Part shown: piece by piece, positions 27,257 through 37,780 of the stretch
Layout: every line of letters starts with the position of its first letter
Position numbering within the stretch: the first letter of the stretch is position 1
Source: Octopus bimaculoides
Taxonomy: Eukaryota
Direction: 5' to 3'
Assembly: GCF_001194135.2 (NCBI RefSeq)
Contig: NC_069003.1
Span: forward strand, 13,142,061 to 13,206,060
Length of the DNA: 64,000 nt
Made by a program: the position numbers and the translations under genes
The notes under the pieces: model-generated
Told to the model about the DNA's origin: nothing
What the model saw: the letters and a program-made list of their open reading frames with translations, nothing else
Database searches by the model: none

Positions 27257-30200
27257 GCTTCATTAGATTGTATTTTTACTGCAGAAAACTATTTTATATA
27301 CCAATCTGTCTTTTGTTGAAGAATGTCATAAACAAAACTATTTACTGTTGAGAAATGTCAAGCTTATTGAGGCAACAGGACTTGCAGAAAATATCAATTC
27401 TATTCTTTGACAAAAGGGACTAACAGAATAAGTATTGGGGTCAATTTGTTCAACTGAACCCTTCAAGGTGGTGCCCCAGCATGGCCACAATCCAACGACT
27501 GGAACAAGTAAAAGATATTGTAATGTTTCCACTTGTTCACTGCCTTAGACTGGTATTTTGTTATTAATCCCAGAAAGATAAAAAACAAAGTTGTCCATAG
27601 CAGGAGTTTGAACTCACAAAACGAGATGCTGTAATAAATTCCAGACTGCATTTCATTCAATGCTTTAACACGTCATCTTTTAATCCTTTTGATGTAAAAA
27701 AAAAATCAGATATATTTATTCAAAATTTCATTATCTTTGACTGCCAAAAGCAGTTTTATATACCAATCTGACTTTTGTTGAGGAATGTCCTAAATAAAAC
27801 TATTTTCTATTGAGAAATGTCAAGTTTATTGAGTAGACAACATAACTTGCAGAATATGCCAATGTTTTGGCAAAAGAGACCAATAGAATAAGTATCAGGT
27901 TTAGAATTAAGTACTGGGGTCACTTTATTCAACTGAACCCTTGAAAGTGGTGCCCCAACATGGCCACACATACAGAAATATACACATAAGCAGAAAGAGT
28001 GAGACAGACAGACAAGCATTACAATTTATTAATTGAATGCAGTTGACATAAACACGTTCCCCTCACATGAACTTTCCCATAAACAGGGAGAGAGAGAGAG
28101 AGACATTGAAATGTCTGCTGTCAAATAAGACAATGTGGAATTAGCAACGCCAAATAAGTGGCACCAAAACATCTCATACCTTTTGTTGAGATTGTCATGT
28201 TTGAAACTAATTTTTTTGTTGAGATTTGTCAAGTTCACTGAGGCAATGTGACTTGCAGAAAATGCCAATTCTATTTCTTGGTAGATATTTAACATCATTA
28301 CCGGAATAATGATGAAATTTAATTTTGAAGTGAAAGGGTTAACAATTACAGTGTAACAAAATTTAAAATTTTATTTTTTGCCTTTAGTGTCAGTAAGTGG
28401 TATTTCTTATTTGCTTCTATCTAGAAATCAAAGGAAATCACTTCTATTTCCTTCAAACTTTGTTTTTCTGCCCTGGACATCAATGTTTTGAAACTAATCT
28501 ATTTTCCATAACATTTCAGCACAGATTCAACACTGAGCTGCTGAAGCAAAAATGTCGTTATAGCAAATATTCTGCTCAATACCACGGATTTGCTTGTCAG
28601 TTACTTGACTTTAATCACTTGAGTATGCCCCTTAGGGGCTGACAATCTGTGCATCTCTGATCACGAGTAGGAGTAGTGTGGAAGCAACATAGCCATGTGT
28701 TGAGGGATTGAATAAATATAACAAAACCTAAGTTTGGAAGAAATATTAGCCATTTTTCATTCTCTGTAGGGGGTAAATAAATAGGGAACAACAATTGCCA
28801 CCCAAGGACAAAAATCATGTTACACAGTATTATATTTGTTTCTTGTTTTTGTTTTTCTTTTGTTTTTTTTTTCTTCCTTATATTTAATGGCAAAATTTCT
28901 TTCTCTTCTCCATCTCTGCTGCTGATGTTGATGATTCTATTACAACCAATCGTTGCATTTTAACCTAAAAACACTCTTCTTACTGTGCCGTTTCACTGGA
29001 CTTAGCAGCGACATTCTTCAGCACCTTGAGTCTCAGATTTTCGGTATATTCTATAAATATCTCCCTTCTTTAAATCCCTGCCTTAAATATTCTCCATGTC
29101 AACCAAAAGTTACCATCAGTAAAAAAGTAAGGGAAGAGAGTAACACCAATTAACTATGAGGAGCCATTGTGGTGGAATTCTGGTTCAATCACACCATATT
29201 ACTCCTCATAATGTTTTTATTTTTTGGCAATTTTCAGAAAATTTTTGCAAATTTGTATCCTACACATGGGAATTCATATGATTGTGCAAAAATAAAAAAA
29301 TTAATTTTTTTGTTTTGTCTGATTTAAGAGCTATTTAGCTATTATTTTTAGCACAATTCACGACTACCTGATACCTCCCTCATTATTTTTGTCAGTCTCA
29401 AAATTCCCCAAAATAAAATAAGTTATGAGGGGTTATATGGGGTGCTTAAAGAAGAATTCTGCTACCATTGTAATGTTTTAATTAAGTATTCTGTGCACCT
29501 TACTATTGATATCTGGCAGAATCAGTAGCCTGCTGGGCAAAATGTCTTGCAGCATTTCGTTCACTTTCACATTCTTTGTGAAGGTATATAGCTCAGTGGT
29601 TAGAGCATCGAGATCACAATCAAGAGGTAGTGAGTTCAATTCCCAGACTGGGCTGCGTGTTGTGTTATTGAGCAAGACACTTTATTTCACTTTGCTCCAG
29701 TTCACTCAGCCGTAGAAATGAGTTGCGACATCATTGGTGCCAAGCTGTATCGGCCTTTGCCTTTCCCTTGGATAACACTGATGGCAGGGAGAGGGGAGGC
29801 TGGTATGCATGGGTGACTGCTGGTCTTCCATAAACAACCTTGCCCAGACTTGTGCCTCAGAGAGGAACTTTTAGGAGCCATCTCATGGTCATGCAAAACC
29901 AAAGAGAGTCTTTACCCTTCACATTCTCAGTTCAAATGCTGCCAGGATCGATTATGCCTTTCATTTTTTTGAGCTCGATAAAATAAGTTGCATTTGAGCA
30001 CTGGGGACAATCTAAATGACTTAGCCCCTACCTTGAAATTGCTGGCCTTGTGCCAAAATTTGAAACCAATATTTATTGACAGTAAACCATAACACATAGA
30101 TCAGAATTGGGCCCGTAGACTTGTGGGGCTCGCGGGAAACTGCCCAATGTACCCATACCTTAAAGCAGTACTGCAAGCGGGTAGGAAAGGATCTACAAGA

Positions 30201-30756
30201 GGCACACAAGTATAAAAATAAAATGCTGGGGAGGGCGTTGCGATTGCATAATTAAGAACTGAAAGTTTATTTCTTTAATGTTAGCAAGGGACATAACTTT
30301 GAACCCTGCTAATCTCATTCATTTTAAATAACAGTACACCTGTTTAGGTAATAGTGCAAACANNNNNNNNNNNNNNNNNNNNNNNNNNNNNNNNNNNNNN
30401 NNNNNNNNNNNNNNNNNNNNNNNNNNNNNNNNNNNNNNNNNNNNNNNNNNNNNNNNNNNNNNNNNNNNNNNNNNNNNNNNNNNNNNNNNNNNNNNNNNNN
30501 NNNNNNNNNNNNNNNNNNNNNNNNNNNNNNNNNNNNNNNNNNNNNNNNNNNNNNNNNNNNNNNNNNNNNNNNNNNNNNNNNNNNNNNNNNNNNNNNNNNN
30601 NNNNNNNNNNNNNNNNNNNNNNNNNNNNNNNNNNNNNNNNNNNNNNNNNNNNNNNNNNNNNNNNNNNNNNNNNNNNNNNNNNNNNNNNNNNNNNNNNNNN
30701 NNNNNNNNNNNNNNNNNNNNNNNNNNNNNNNNNNNNNNNNNNNNNNNNNNNNNNNN

Positions 30757-30790
<34 letters not shown>

Positions 30791-33700
30791 ATCTCGATGT
30801 TCAACTGTTAGTAGTAGTAAAGACGTTTAGCTGATATATTCCAGCCATTTAACTATTAGTAGTAATGATGTTTAATTGATATAATCCAGGCGTTTAGCTG
30901 ATATAATCGAAATAGTAAACCTAGTCCTTTAGTCCCCCTAGTAGGGTCCACTCTGTTATAAGCATTCAGACCCACTCTCCACCTTGAAGATAGCAAGATC
31001 TTCCAGTAGTCCCAATGCTACCTTTGGAAACTCCATAAAAAAGAAAAATGGCAGCTGTAACCATAGGCGCAGGCATATCTGTCAACACATGTGGTTCCAG
31101 GTTCAGTCGTGCTGTATGGCACCTTTGGCAAACGCCTTCTAATATAGGCTCTGGCTGACCAAAGACTTGTGAGTGGATTTAATAGGTGAAAACTGAAAGA
31201 AGCCTATTGTATGTGTGTGTGTGTCTGTTTTTGTTCCCTACTTCTACTTGGCAACCAGTGTTGGTGTGTTTACCATAACTTAGCAATTCAGCAAAAGACA
31301 CCGATAAAATAAGTACCAAGCTTTAAAAAAAAAGTACTGGAGATAATTCATTCAGCTAAAAAAAATTACTGAGGCAGAGCCCCAGCATGGCCACAGTCTA
31401 CTAACTGAAACAAGTAAAATGATAAAACAGAAAAGATTTTTTTTTAAAAGCCCAGAAAAATACAAACATTTTACTATTTCACTTCAGATATTTCATTACT
31501 AGAATCCTAAGTTTTGAGCCAAGTGTTAAATAATTACAGTTATTATGTATTAATAACCAATTGAATTACCAATATTTATCCAGCTTCCATCTAATCAGGT
31601 TGAACACAGCCAGCATCTGGTTGATTCAGTTTGACTCTCTGGTATTCAGATTCCTCTGTCAAATGAAATGCTTATTTATTCACAATGTTTTGAATTAATC
31701 ATGCTTTATGTTGTAAGTTTGAGATTTTGATGTGATTGTTGATTTTTTAGAATAACATTGAAGGGTGGGTGTGAGATGCTAGAAATGGCCAGTTTGAACT
31801 TAAAACAGAATATTTGGGCCAGATCAAATACCAAAGGGTTAACCTTTTAGCATTTAGACTGGACAGATCTAGCCTCATACTCCTACATTACAATATCATT
31901 CTAAAAATAATCAGTCAATATCATCAAAATCTCAAAAGCCACATGATTATGCATGATTAACTCAAAGCAATGTGAATAAATAAGCATTACATTTGACTGA
32001 AATAATCTGAATGCTAAAAGGTGTTCAGCTCTTCTAGCTAGGTTTACTCCCACTTTTTATTATTGAAATATGGTATTTGAATGCATAAAAGATGGAATCC
32101 TAATTTCAAGAGCACATATTCAGGAAAAAAAACTATTAACGACAAAATTAGTTTATAAGAGGCCCAACTTTTTGTGTACAGGACATTTTTTGCGGGGGCC
32201 CAACTTTTTGTGCACAGGACATTTTTTTGCGGGGGTGGGAGGAGTGCATTTTATATGCCCTCAAATATGGTATGCCTTAATTCTGACCGCCTACCTAAAA
32301 ATTTGTTCTGGTTTTCTCCTCTTCTGCAGGTACGTGGTCAAGTAAACAGGTCTTGGAAACTAAGGCACATTTACACAGTAAGTTCTGTCTTTCATTTCTT
32401 TCTTTCTGTCTGTCATACACTTTTCTTTTTTTTTTTTTTCACTAGGCGTAGGAGTGGCTGTCAAATGAAATGGCTGTGTGGTAAGTAGCTTGCTTACCCA
32501 CCACATGGTCCCGGGTTCAGTCCCACTGCGTGGCATCTTGGGCAAGTGTTTTCTCCTGTAGCCACAGGCTGACCAAAGCCTTGTGAGTGGATCTGGTAGA
32601 TGGAAACTGAAAGAAGCCCGTTGTATATATATGTTTGTGTGTCTGTGTTTGTCCCCCCAACATCGCTTGACAACCGATGCTGGTGTGTTTATGTCCCCGT
32701 AACTTAGCAGTTCGGCAAAAGAGACCAATAGAATAAGTACTAGGCTTCTAAAGAATAAGTCCTGGGGTCGATTTGCTCAACTAAAGGCGGTGTTCCAGCA
32801 TGGCCACAGTCAAAAGACTGAAACAAGTAAAAGAGAGAAAGGTCTTTACCCATCACTCTGCTGCTGATAAAAATGTTTGTTAATCATGTGCGTACATTGC
32901 TTTAATAGTAAACTGTTATACGGTGTGTGGGGCTGAAAAGTTCCTGGCTTTAAAGGTATCGTGAAAGGTCTGGTTGGAAGCCCAACCTCCCAAGCCCTTT
33001 TACAGGGCTTAGAAAAACTGAAGGACTATTGGAAAAAGTGTGTGAATCTGAGAGGGGAATATATTGAATAAAATCATAATTGACTGATCCTCTTTTACCC
33101 AAAGCCAGGAACTTTTCAGCATCCCTCATACAGTGAAAGTTTCATTAATTACTATGGTAACAACTGTCTATCTACCTATCTATCTTTCACCCACACACGT
33201 TCTCTTTCTCTCTCAACAACAACCTGTCATTATAGTAAAAGTTTGTTTTTTAAAGTATGTGTTGCATTGTCTCTATGTTGGAAGACATACAGAAATACAC
33301 ACACACAAACAACCCCAAAAATAACTATTTTGTTATATAGTTTTTTGTTTGTTTGTTTTTTAAGTTATGTTGCATTGTGTTGACAGACTTGCACCTAAAA
33401 TTTCTACATTTTTAATCAAAACTTGTTAGTAACTATGGTGACAACACTTTCTGTTTGTCTATCTTTCACACACACTCTCTCCCTCCCTTTCTCTCTCTCT
33501 CACTGTATTTCTCTCTTGACAACAAATTTTTCTCTTCCCCTTCTAAAAATACATTGTGATGTATATTTTGATTCCTCCCCTTCTTTCGCTCCCTCTAATA
33601 CATGTGACAGATGGAGATCCACTTCTCTTTTACAATATAAGATTTTTTATATCGTTCCTTTCATGTGAAAGCACATGGTTAGGTGGTTGATCTCACAACT

Positions 33701-35096
33701 GTAAGGTTAATAGAGAGGAGTCTTGCACACTTCTGGCATATTTTTTTTCTCTTTTTACATTCTTTCCAATATTATTGTCTCTGTGTTTGTACCCATCTCA
33801 GTGTGTGTGTGTGTATGTATGTATGTGTGTGCCCACCATTCAGTCCCTAATATCCATCCTTTTGTCTTCTCTGTTGCAGGGTTTTGGTGTGACGTGTTGT
33901 CGAACCCAGGGCTTGCTCTGTACATATTTTATGCTTGTTGATTCCGGCCGAAGACATTTCCCAGAACAGTTCAAACGTCCCATTCTTGGACCATTTCTCA
34001 CATCTGGTATAGCAGCTACTCTAGCCTGGTGGATAGTTTGGCCCTTGGAGTACATGAAATGCCAAGTACAGTCTGGTTACGGCAGTCAGTAAGTCACAAC
34101 TCTAACAGTCACCATCCTATCATCACCATCATTGTCATCATCATCACTGGTATCATCATCATCATCACCATCACCATCATCATTATCATAAGTGCTCCAT
34201 CATGGTCATAGCCTACTGGTTGATGTTAGTAAAAGAGTAATAAAATATCAGAATGGGAATGCAGGTGGTGTAAACTGGTTCTGTCAAACCAAATTTTCGA
34301 ATTCTTGACTTTATGTTCTGTAATCCCACACACCAACCATTTTACCAAATACAGACAAGCAAGAGGAAGAGAATGGCCTTTATATGGATGCTTGACCTGC
34401 AAGAAATAGCCATCAGATCTCCTTCAATTTAAGAGTGACAGTTTAACCCTTTTGGTACCAACCTGCTTGAGGCTGCCCTTGGTTCTATGATACAAACATT
34501 TTGTTTTGAAGAGATCTAAATTTAAAAGCTTCCATCATAATTTCATGGGAATCTTATGTTCCAAGCACTAACTTAATAATGACAAGAGTTATTTTACTAA
34601 ATTTTTATTTTCGCAATTAATTGAAACAATGGCAATATATTTCAACAGAAATATGGTAATGAAAGGGTTAATCCATTGCACAGTTTAAAGGGATCCTTTA
34701 GCAGAATCTATTCTGTTGCAAACATTCAGGCCAGGTCTTTTCTCTGAGGATAACTTTGGCCCTTTCTGCTCTTGCTAGTCGCAAAGGCTCTGAAAAATGG
34801 TCATAGGAACTGCCCTTTTCTCCCCCAACAAAATCATCAAACATGATCTCATTATATAAGCAATGTTTGATGTCTTTATTGCTATAATTTTTTTAATCTT
34901 CTCTATTTTTTCTCTCTTCAGGCAAATCTCTGTGATTAACCGAATGAGGAATATCATAAGAGATAAAGGTGGGTTTTTTGCCCTCTATCGTGGAATATGG
35001 CCCGGAACCATCCGCAGTTTCCTGGCCAATGGTATCAGTATGATTGTGATGGCTAATGCTCAGAAGAAAGTCTCAGAGTGGGGCCTGCGCAATTAG
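2581..35096 (+). CDS. SLC25-family mitochondrial carrier, complete 8-exon gene; join(2581..2638,17884..18037,20550..20618,23376..23438,25469..25541,32330..32377,33880..34088,34922..35096), 282 aa
   Basis: Spliced product: MTHNEARSHWFKEGAIGLGVGVLYGLTSISVGHPIDTIKTKMQGQHGFEKTNMFQTFVKTFQTQGIRGFYRGCIPPLWGSGIFRSTQFAVFEGAYTFLDSPFGKSTIPLSGGIQIRVLLAGACAATARAVIETPLEYAKVRGQVNRSWKLRHIYTGFGVTCCRTQGLLCTYFMLVDSGRRHFPEQFKRPILGPFLTSGIAATLAWWIVWPLEYMKCQVQSGYGSQQISVINRMRNIIRDKGGFFALYRGIWPGTIRSFLANGISMIVMANAQKKVSEWGLRN*. It has three Px[DE]xx[KR]xxxQ signatures (PIDTIK, PLEYAK, PLEYMK) and three Y[RT]G motifs. All 7 introns are GT..AG with matching phases, and exon lengths sum to 849 nt. Subfamily not assignable by eye. 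Confidence 0.95.
7106..7181 (+). repeat. Perfect 14-bp tandem repeat (GCACCCTGCTAAAA)5.4
   Basis: Five exact units plus GCACCC. Confidence 0.95.
7700..7895 (-). mobile_element. RTE-type LINE fragment (Cys/His PHD-like insert of the RT ORF)
   Basis: SGRWPCSVCSKGVGSNSIRCTRCKLWTHKRCSNIKGRLTTKLVFVCGRC, a motif typical of invertebrate RTE ORF2; no splice context; flanked by SINE and microsatellite. Confidence 0.75.
8530..11284 (+). repeat. 40-bp minisatellite array (TGGTGACAGTGATGGAGGTACACCTGTCTACATTGTAGTG)n in SLC25 intron 1
   Basis: About 25 near-identical head-to-tail units visible around three N gaps; no spacers. Confidence 0.97.
11725..12400 (-). mobile_element. Short retroelements with (GAT)n tail and GGTTGGCATTAGGAAGGGCATCCAGC core (others 6560..6735 +, 16625..16830 -, 19770..20000 -, 49640..49830 +, 51930..52130 -, 60400..60660 +)
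   Basis: Recurrent shared 150-250 bp body ending in ATGTTAAA(C/T)GATGATGATG. The copy at 11820-12030 is duplicated across a 10-N gap. Confidence 0.8.
13214..13800. repeat. Compound (TA)/(TG)/(CA) microsatellite tract (many similar tracts, e.g. 3580..3800, 16420..16635, 50510..50620, 61150..61470)
   Basis: Alternating purine-pyrimidine low-complexity sequence. Confidence 0.9.
14080..14360 (-). mobile_element. tRNA-derived SINE, distinct family
   Basis: Minus-strand head GGAGGCACATGGCCTAGTGGTTAGAGCAGCAGAC...GGTTAGAATC followed by a non-tRNA body. Confidence 0.65.
15655..16065 (+). mobile_element. tRNA-derived SINE family A, full-length copy (most abundant repeat; others e.g. 320..685 -, 4258..5030, 5730..6100, 11573..11725, 14676..14950, 19350..19735, 32444..32838, 51200..51585, 52699..53108, 56560..56975)
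   Basis: 5' GG(C/T)GCAGGAGTGGCTGTGTGGTAAG (A-box-like), GGTTCAGTCCC (B-box-like), CORE-like CACCTTGGGCAAGTG, internal (TA)n/(TG)n, and a 3' GACTGAAACAAGTAAAAGA tail. Confidence 0.9.
17480..17825 (+). mobile_element. Decayed RTE 3' segments, about two diverged tandem copies
   Basis: Twice G(D/R)RPR..W.D followed by ggct(gc)ttctgataggac, at about 155-bp spacing. Confidence 0.55.
17884..18037 (+). CDS. SLC25 carrier exon 2 (H1, PIDTIKTKMQ ... GIRGFYR)
   Basis: Pyrimidine tract plus CAG acceptor at 17881-17883; donor GTAAGC at 18038; first carrier signature. Confidence 0.96.
18700..18918 (+). mobile_element. ~220-bp mariner-derived MITE (further copies 20082..20302 +, 32919..33130 +, 39876..40105 -, partials near 40443 and 49092)
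   Basis: TIR TACGAGGGG(G)TGCTGAAAAGTTCCTGGCTTT...; TA ends; this copy sits inside (TA)n. The internal part retains a transposase-like C-terminus (KCVNLRGEYVE*). Confidence 0.88.
20550..20618 (+). CDS. SLC25 carrier exon 3 (GCIPPLWGSGIFRSTQFAVFEG, H2)
   Basis: Acceptor tttacAG, donor GTAAGT at 20619; phase 2-2. Confidence 0.95.
21380..22500 (+). mobile_element. Degenerate Penelope-like retroelement 3' portion (GIY-YIG domain and 3' UTR)
   Basis: ITNISNRISNLSSSKEIFEK..., CIIYETEVTATLVDNITEKKSYIGLCENDFKNRYANH, and IKWKIVEKSTPYVTESKKCKLCVAE...LLNSRSEIFNRCKHMYKYLLAN, with frameshifts. Confidence 0.88.
23376..23438 (+). CDS. SLC25 carrier exon 4 (YTFLDSPFGKSTIPLSGGIQ)
   Basis: Acceptor ctttcAG, donor GTAAGT at 23439; 63 nt, phase 2-2, supplies the H2-H3 loop. 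Confidence 0.9.
25469..25541 (+). CDS. SLC25 carrier exon 5 (RVLLAGACAATARAVIETPLEYAK, H3)
   Basis: Acceptor cctcAG, donor GTGAGA at 25542; second carrier signature. Confidence 0.95.
26655..27078 (-). mobile_element. Two tandem copies of tRNA-derived SINE family E (others 1090..1290, 1650..1740, 36770..36980, 43950..44700 x3, 48235..48620)
   Basis: Minus-strand head GGCG(A/G)GCTGG(C/T)AGAA..GTTAGCA, GAGTTCAAATTC B-box, and a GTCGACTTTGCCTTTCATCCTTTCGGGGTC body. Confidence 0.85.
29578..29920 (+). mobile_element. tRNA-derived SINE family B (others 5030..5320 +, 24630..24960 -)
   Basis: Head ...GCTCAGTGGTTAGAGC...GAGTTCAATTCC followed by TTGAGCAAGACACTTTATTTCAC and a shared body. Confidence 0.85.
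32330..32377 (+). CDS. SLC25 carrier exon 6 (VRGQVNRSWKLRHIYT)
   Basis: Strong pyrimidine tract plus cttctgcAG; donor GTAAGT at 32378; continues the PLEYAK|VRGQ motif. Confidence 0.92.
33880..34088 (+). CDS. SLC25 carrier exon 7 (H4-H5, WPLEYMKCQVQ)
   Basis: Acceptor ctgttgcAG, donor GTAAGT at 34089; third carrier signature. Confidence 0.96.
34922..35096 (+). CDS. SLC25 carrier exon 8, last coding exon (GFFALYRGIWPGTIRSFLAN...WGLRN*)
   Basis: Long pyrimidine tract plus cAG ending at 34921; LYRG motif and H6; TAG at 35094-35096. Confidence 0.95.
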
Positions 35097-35473
35097 TGTG
35101 ACAACTTTCATGAAACTGAGGACAATAGAGGTGTAACCAAAGAAATAGCAGGCGGAATTAGGAGGCAATACCAGTGAAGCCAGAGACAAAGAAGGCATAA
35201 CAGGGAAAAACACCAGTGAAGCTAGGGGCAGTGTAGGTATCATTAGAGGTAACACCTGTGAAACCAGGAGCAATTCTAGAGAGAACCAGAACTAAAGGCA
35301 ATGCCAGTGAAGTCAGGGGAAGTTTAGGGAGAACTACAGGTAACACCTGTGATGCTAGAAGCAGTGTAAGCATAATAAGAAGCAACTCTTGTGATCCTAA
35401 AGGCAGTGTAGGTATAATTAGAGCAAACCCTGTGAAGCTAGAGGCAGCACCAGTTGAACCAGAAGCAGTGTAA
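35097..35473 (+). repeat. Degenerate 42-bp tandem repeat (about 8 units) in the SLC25 3' UTR region; consensus approx. AGAGGTAACACCTGTGAAGCTAGAGGCAGTGTAGGTATAATT
   Basis: Units align at 42-nt period, e.g. gggaaaaacaccagtgaagctaggggcagtgtaggtatcatt and acaggtaacacctgtgatgctagaagcagtgtaagcataata. Confidence 0.85.
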
Positions 35474-36475
35474 TCATAACTGGAGCCAGTAATTGACTGA
35501 CCTTCGTTTCTAACAATAACAGTTGTTAATATCCCATTACAGTTCTGCTGAGGTTGACTTTGCTTTTCATCCTTTCAAAGTCGATAAAATAAGAACAATT
35601 GAGCATTGGGGTCCCAAACTTGCCGGCCTTGTGCCAAAACCTGAAATCAATACCTTACAATAGTACAGTGACAAGCTGGCAGAATCATCCATTCATCCAT
35701 CTTTATGGTCTGAGTTCAAATTTCACCAAGGTCAACTTTACCTTTTATCCTTTCAGTGTTGATGAAATAAGTACCAGTTAAGCCCTGGGGGGGTGATGTA
35801 TTCAACTTACCCCCTATCCAGAACTTGCTGGCCTTGTGCCAAAATTTGAAACCAAATCCCACAATAGTCTTCCAATATATCAACAAAACAATAGCAAGAA
35901 TTTATATAAAACTCTGTAGGTGTGTACCTGTAAATGTGTATATGAAAATGTCACTTCATCGGTTACAAAGATGAGGGTTCCATTTGATCTGATATGAATG
36001 GAACAGCCTGCTTGTGATATTAAGATTTAAGTGGCTGAGTACTCCACAAACATGCATATCCTTAACATAGTTCTCAGGTAGATTCAGTGTGACACAAAAT
36101 GTGACATGGCTAGCCCTTTTGAAAAACGGGTACAACTCGTTTTTACCAGCTGAATGTACTGAAGCAATGTGAAATAAAGTGTCTTGCTCAAGGATACAAT
36201 GTGCCACCAGGGAATCAAACTCACAACTTTACAATTGTGAGCTGAATACCCTAACCACTAAGCCATGCACCTTCGCAGATGTATACATTTGGTAAATGTA
36301 GTGTATATAGTAAAGCTACTGACAAATCAAGCGAACAGCTACAACCCAGGTTCAATTTCAACCTCTAGATAATTTATTTTCTTTGGAAAAGACATGCATG
36401 CCACACTTTTCTGGCCTCTCCGACCAACTGAAGTGAGCTTTATTTAACACACTGTCATTTCACATGCATATCATC

Positions 36476-36506
<31 letters not shown>

Positions 36507-37429
36507 ATGTGCGTATCTGTGTGTGTGTGCCTTTGTGAATTGGTTTGTCCCCCACCACTGCTTGACAACTGGTGTTGGTGTGTTTGTGTCCCTGTAACTT
36601 GGCGGTTTGGCAAAAGAGACCGATAGTATAAGTACTGGGGTCTATTCATTCAACTAAAAGTTCAAGGTGCTGCCCCAGCATGGCCACAGTCTAATGACAT
36701 AAACAAATAAAAGATATCAAAACAGGAGGTTTTAAAAATTTTTTGGTATTATTTATTCACCATTACAAGGTGATGAGCTGGCAGAATCATTAGCATGTCG
36801 TGCAGAACGCTTAACGGTATTTCATTCATCTTTATGTTCTCATTTCAAATTCTGCCGAGGTCGACTTTGCCTTTCATCCTTTCAGGATCGATGAAATAAG
36901 ATCCAGTTGAGCACAGAGGTTGATGTAATCGACTTAACACCTCCCCTGAACTTGCTGGCCTTTTGCCAAAATTTGAAACTATTATTTATTCACCTTTACA
37001 CATGTTTCATTTGCTAATAGGAATTACAAAATTGTTCATGTTAGATAAACTTGTACGAAATTTCGTATTAGAAATTCTTCAAACAGAATCAAATAATACA
37101 AAATTTATCTTTGGATAAAGTATTTATATGTAATTAGAAATCAGAAGTCATATTGATAATTAGAAGAGAATAATGAGCAAATCTAGTAGCACAGAAAGGG
37201 GAGAGAGAGAGAGAGTTAAGGATTGGAATAAGTGTATATACATATACACACATCAATATATATATATATATACATACACACATACTTAGATTTTATATAC
37301 ATGTATATATAAATACATATACAAATACATACGTATAAATATATATATATACACAGACATACACACATGGAGATTGCCATGTCAAAATGGTATTAGAGAC
37401 TTTGTTTCAACCAGCATTAACAGGTTTAG

Positions 37430-37780
37430 GGTTGCAAGGCAAGGGAGAAAAGCAGCTGCACATATACTGTCTGCACTGACCAATAATCGTCATACTTGCA
37501 ACATCTTTGCAAATCGTTGGCAGGACTCATCAGAGGGGAGCAACCTTAACACTTGTGCTGTGGATGACAGGTCTTCTTGAGTGCAGCAAGGTACCAGATA
37601 TCTCGGTCTCTTGTCATCTCCTCTATAAGGTTCAATGTCCAGAGATCGTCCTTCACTACTTCGTCCCATGTCTGGGTCTCCCTCTTGTATGAGTTCTGTC
37701 CACTTTCAGTGATCGACACTTATTTATGGAACTGTTGACATCCATCCACATCACATAACCAAACCGACACTGTGTTTTTG
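37430..37780 (-). mobile_element. RTE LINE 3' end fragment
   Basis: RFGYVMWMDVNSSINKCRSLKVDRTHTRGRPR, a decayed WFGHVxRM...RGRPRKTW motif. Confidence 0.8.

Noticed and set aside
29578-29660. tRNA genes at SINE heads (also 14290-14360, 36200-36275, 61755-61830)
   Set aside because: They have A/B boxes but no complete cloverleaf, and they run into shared SINE bodies.
35094-35177. Programmed stop-codon read-through of SLC25
   Set aside because: TAG-TGT lacks the UGA-CUAG context and would add only 26 aa before TGA; kept only as a testable option under the 42-bp repeat finding.
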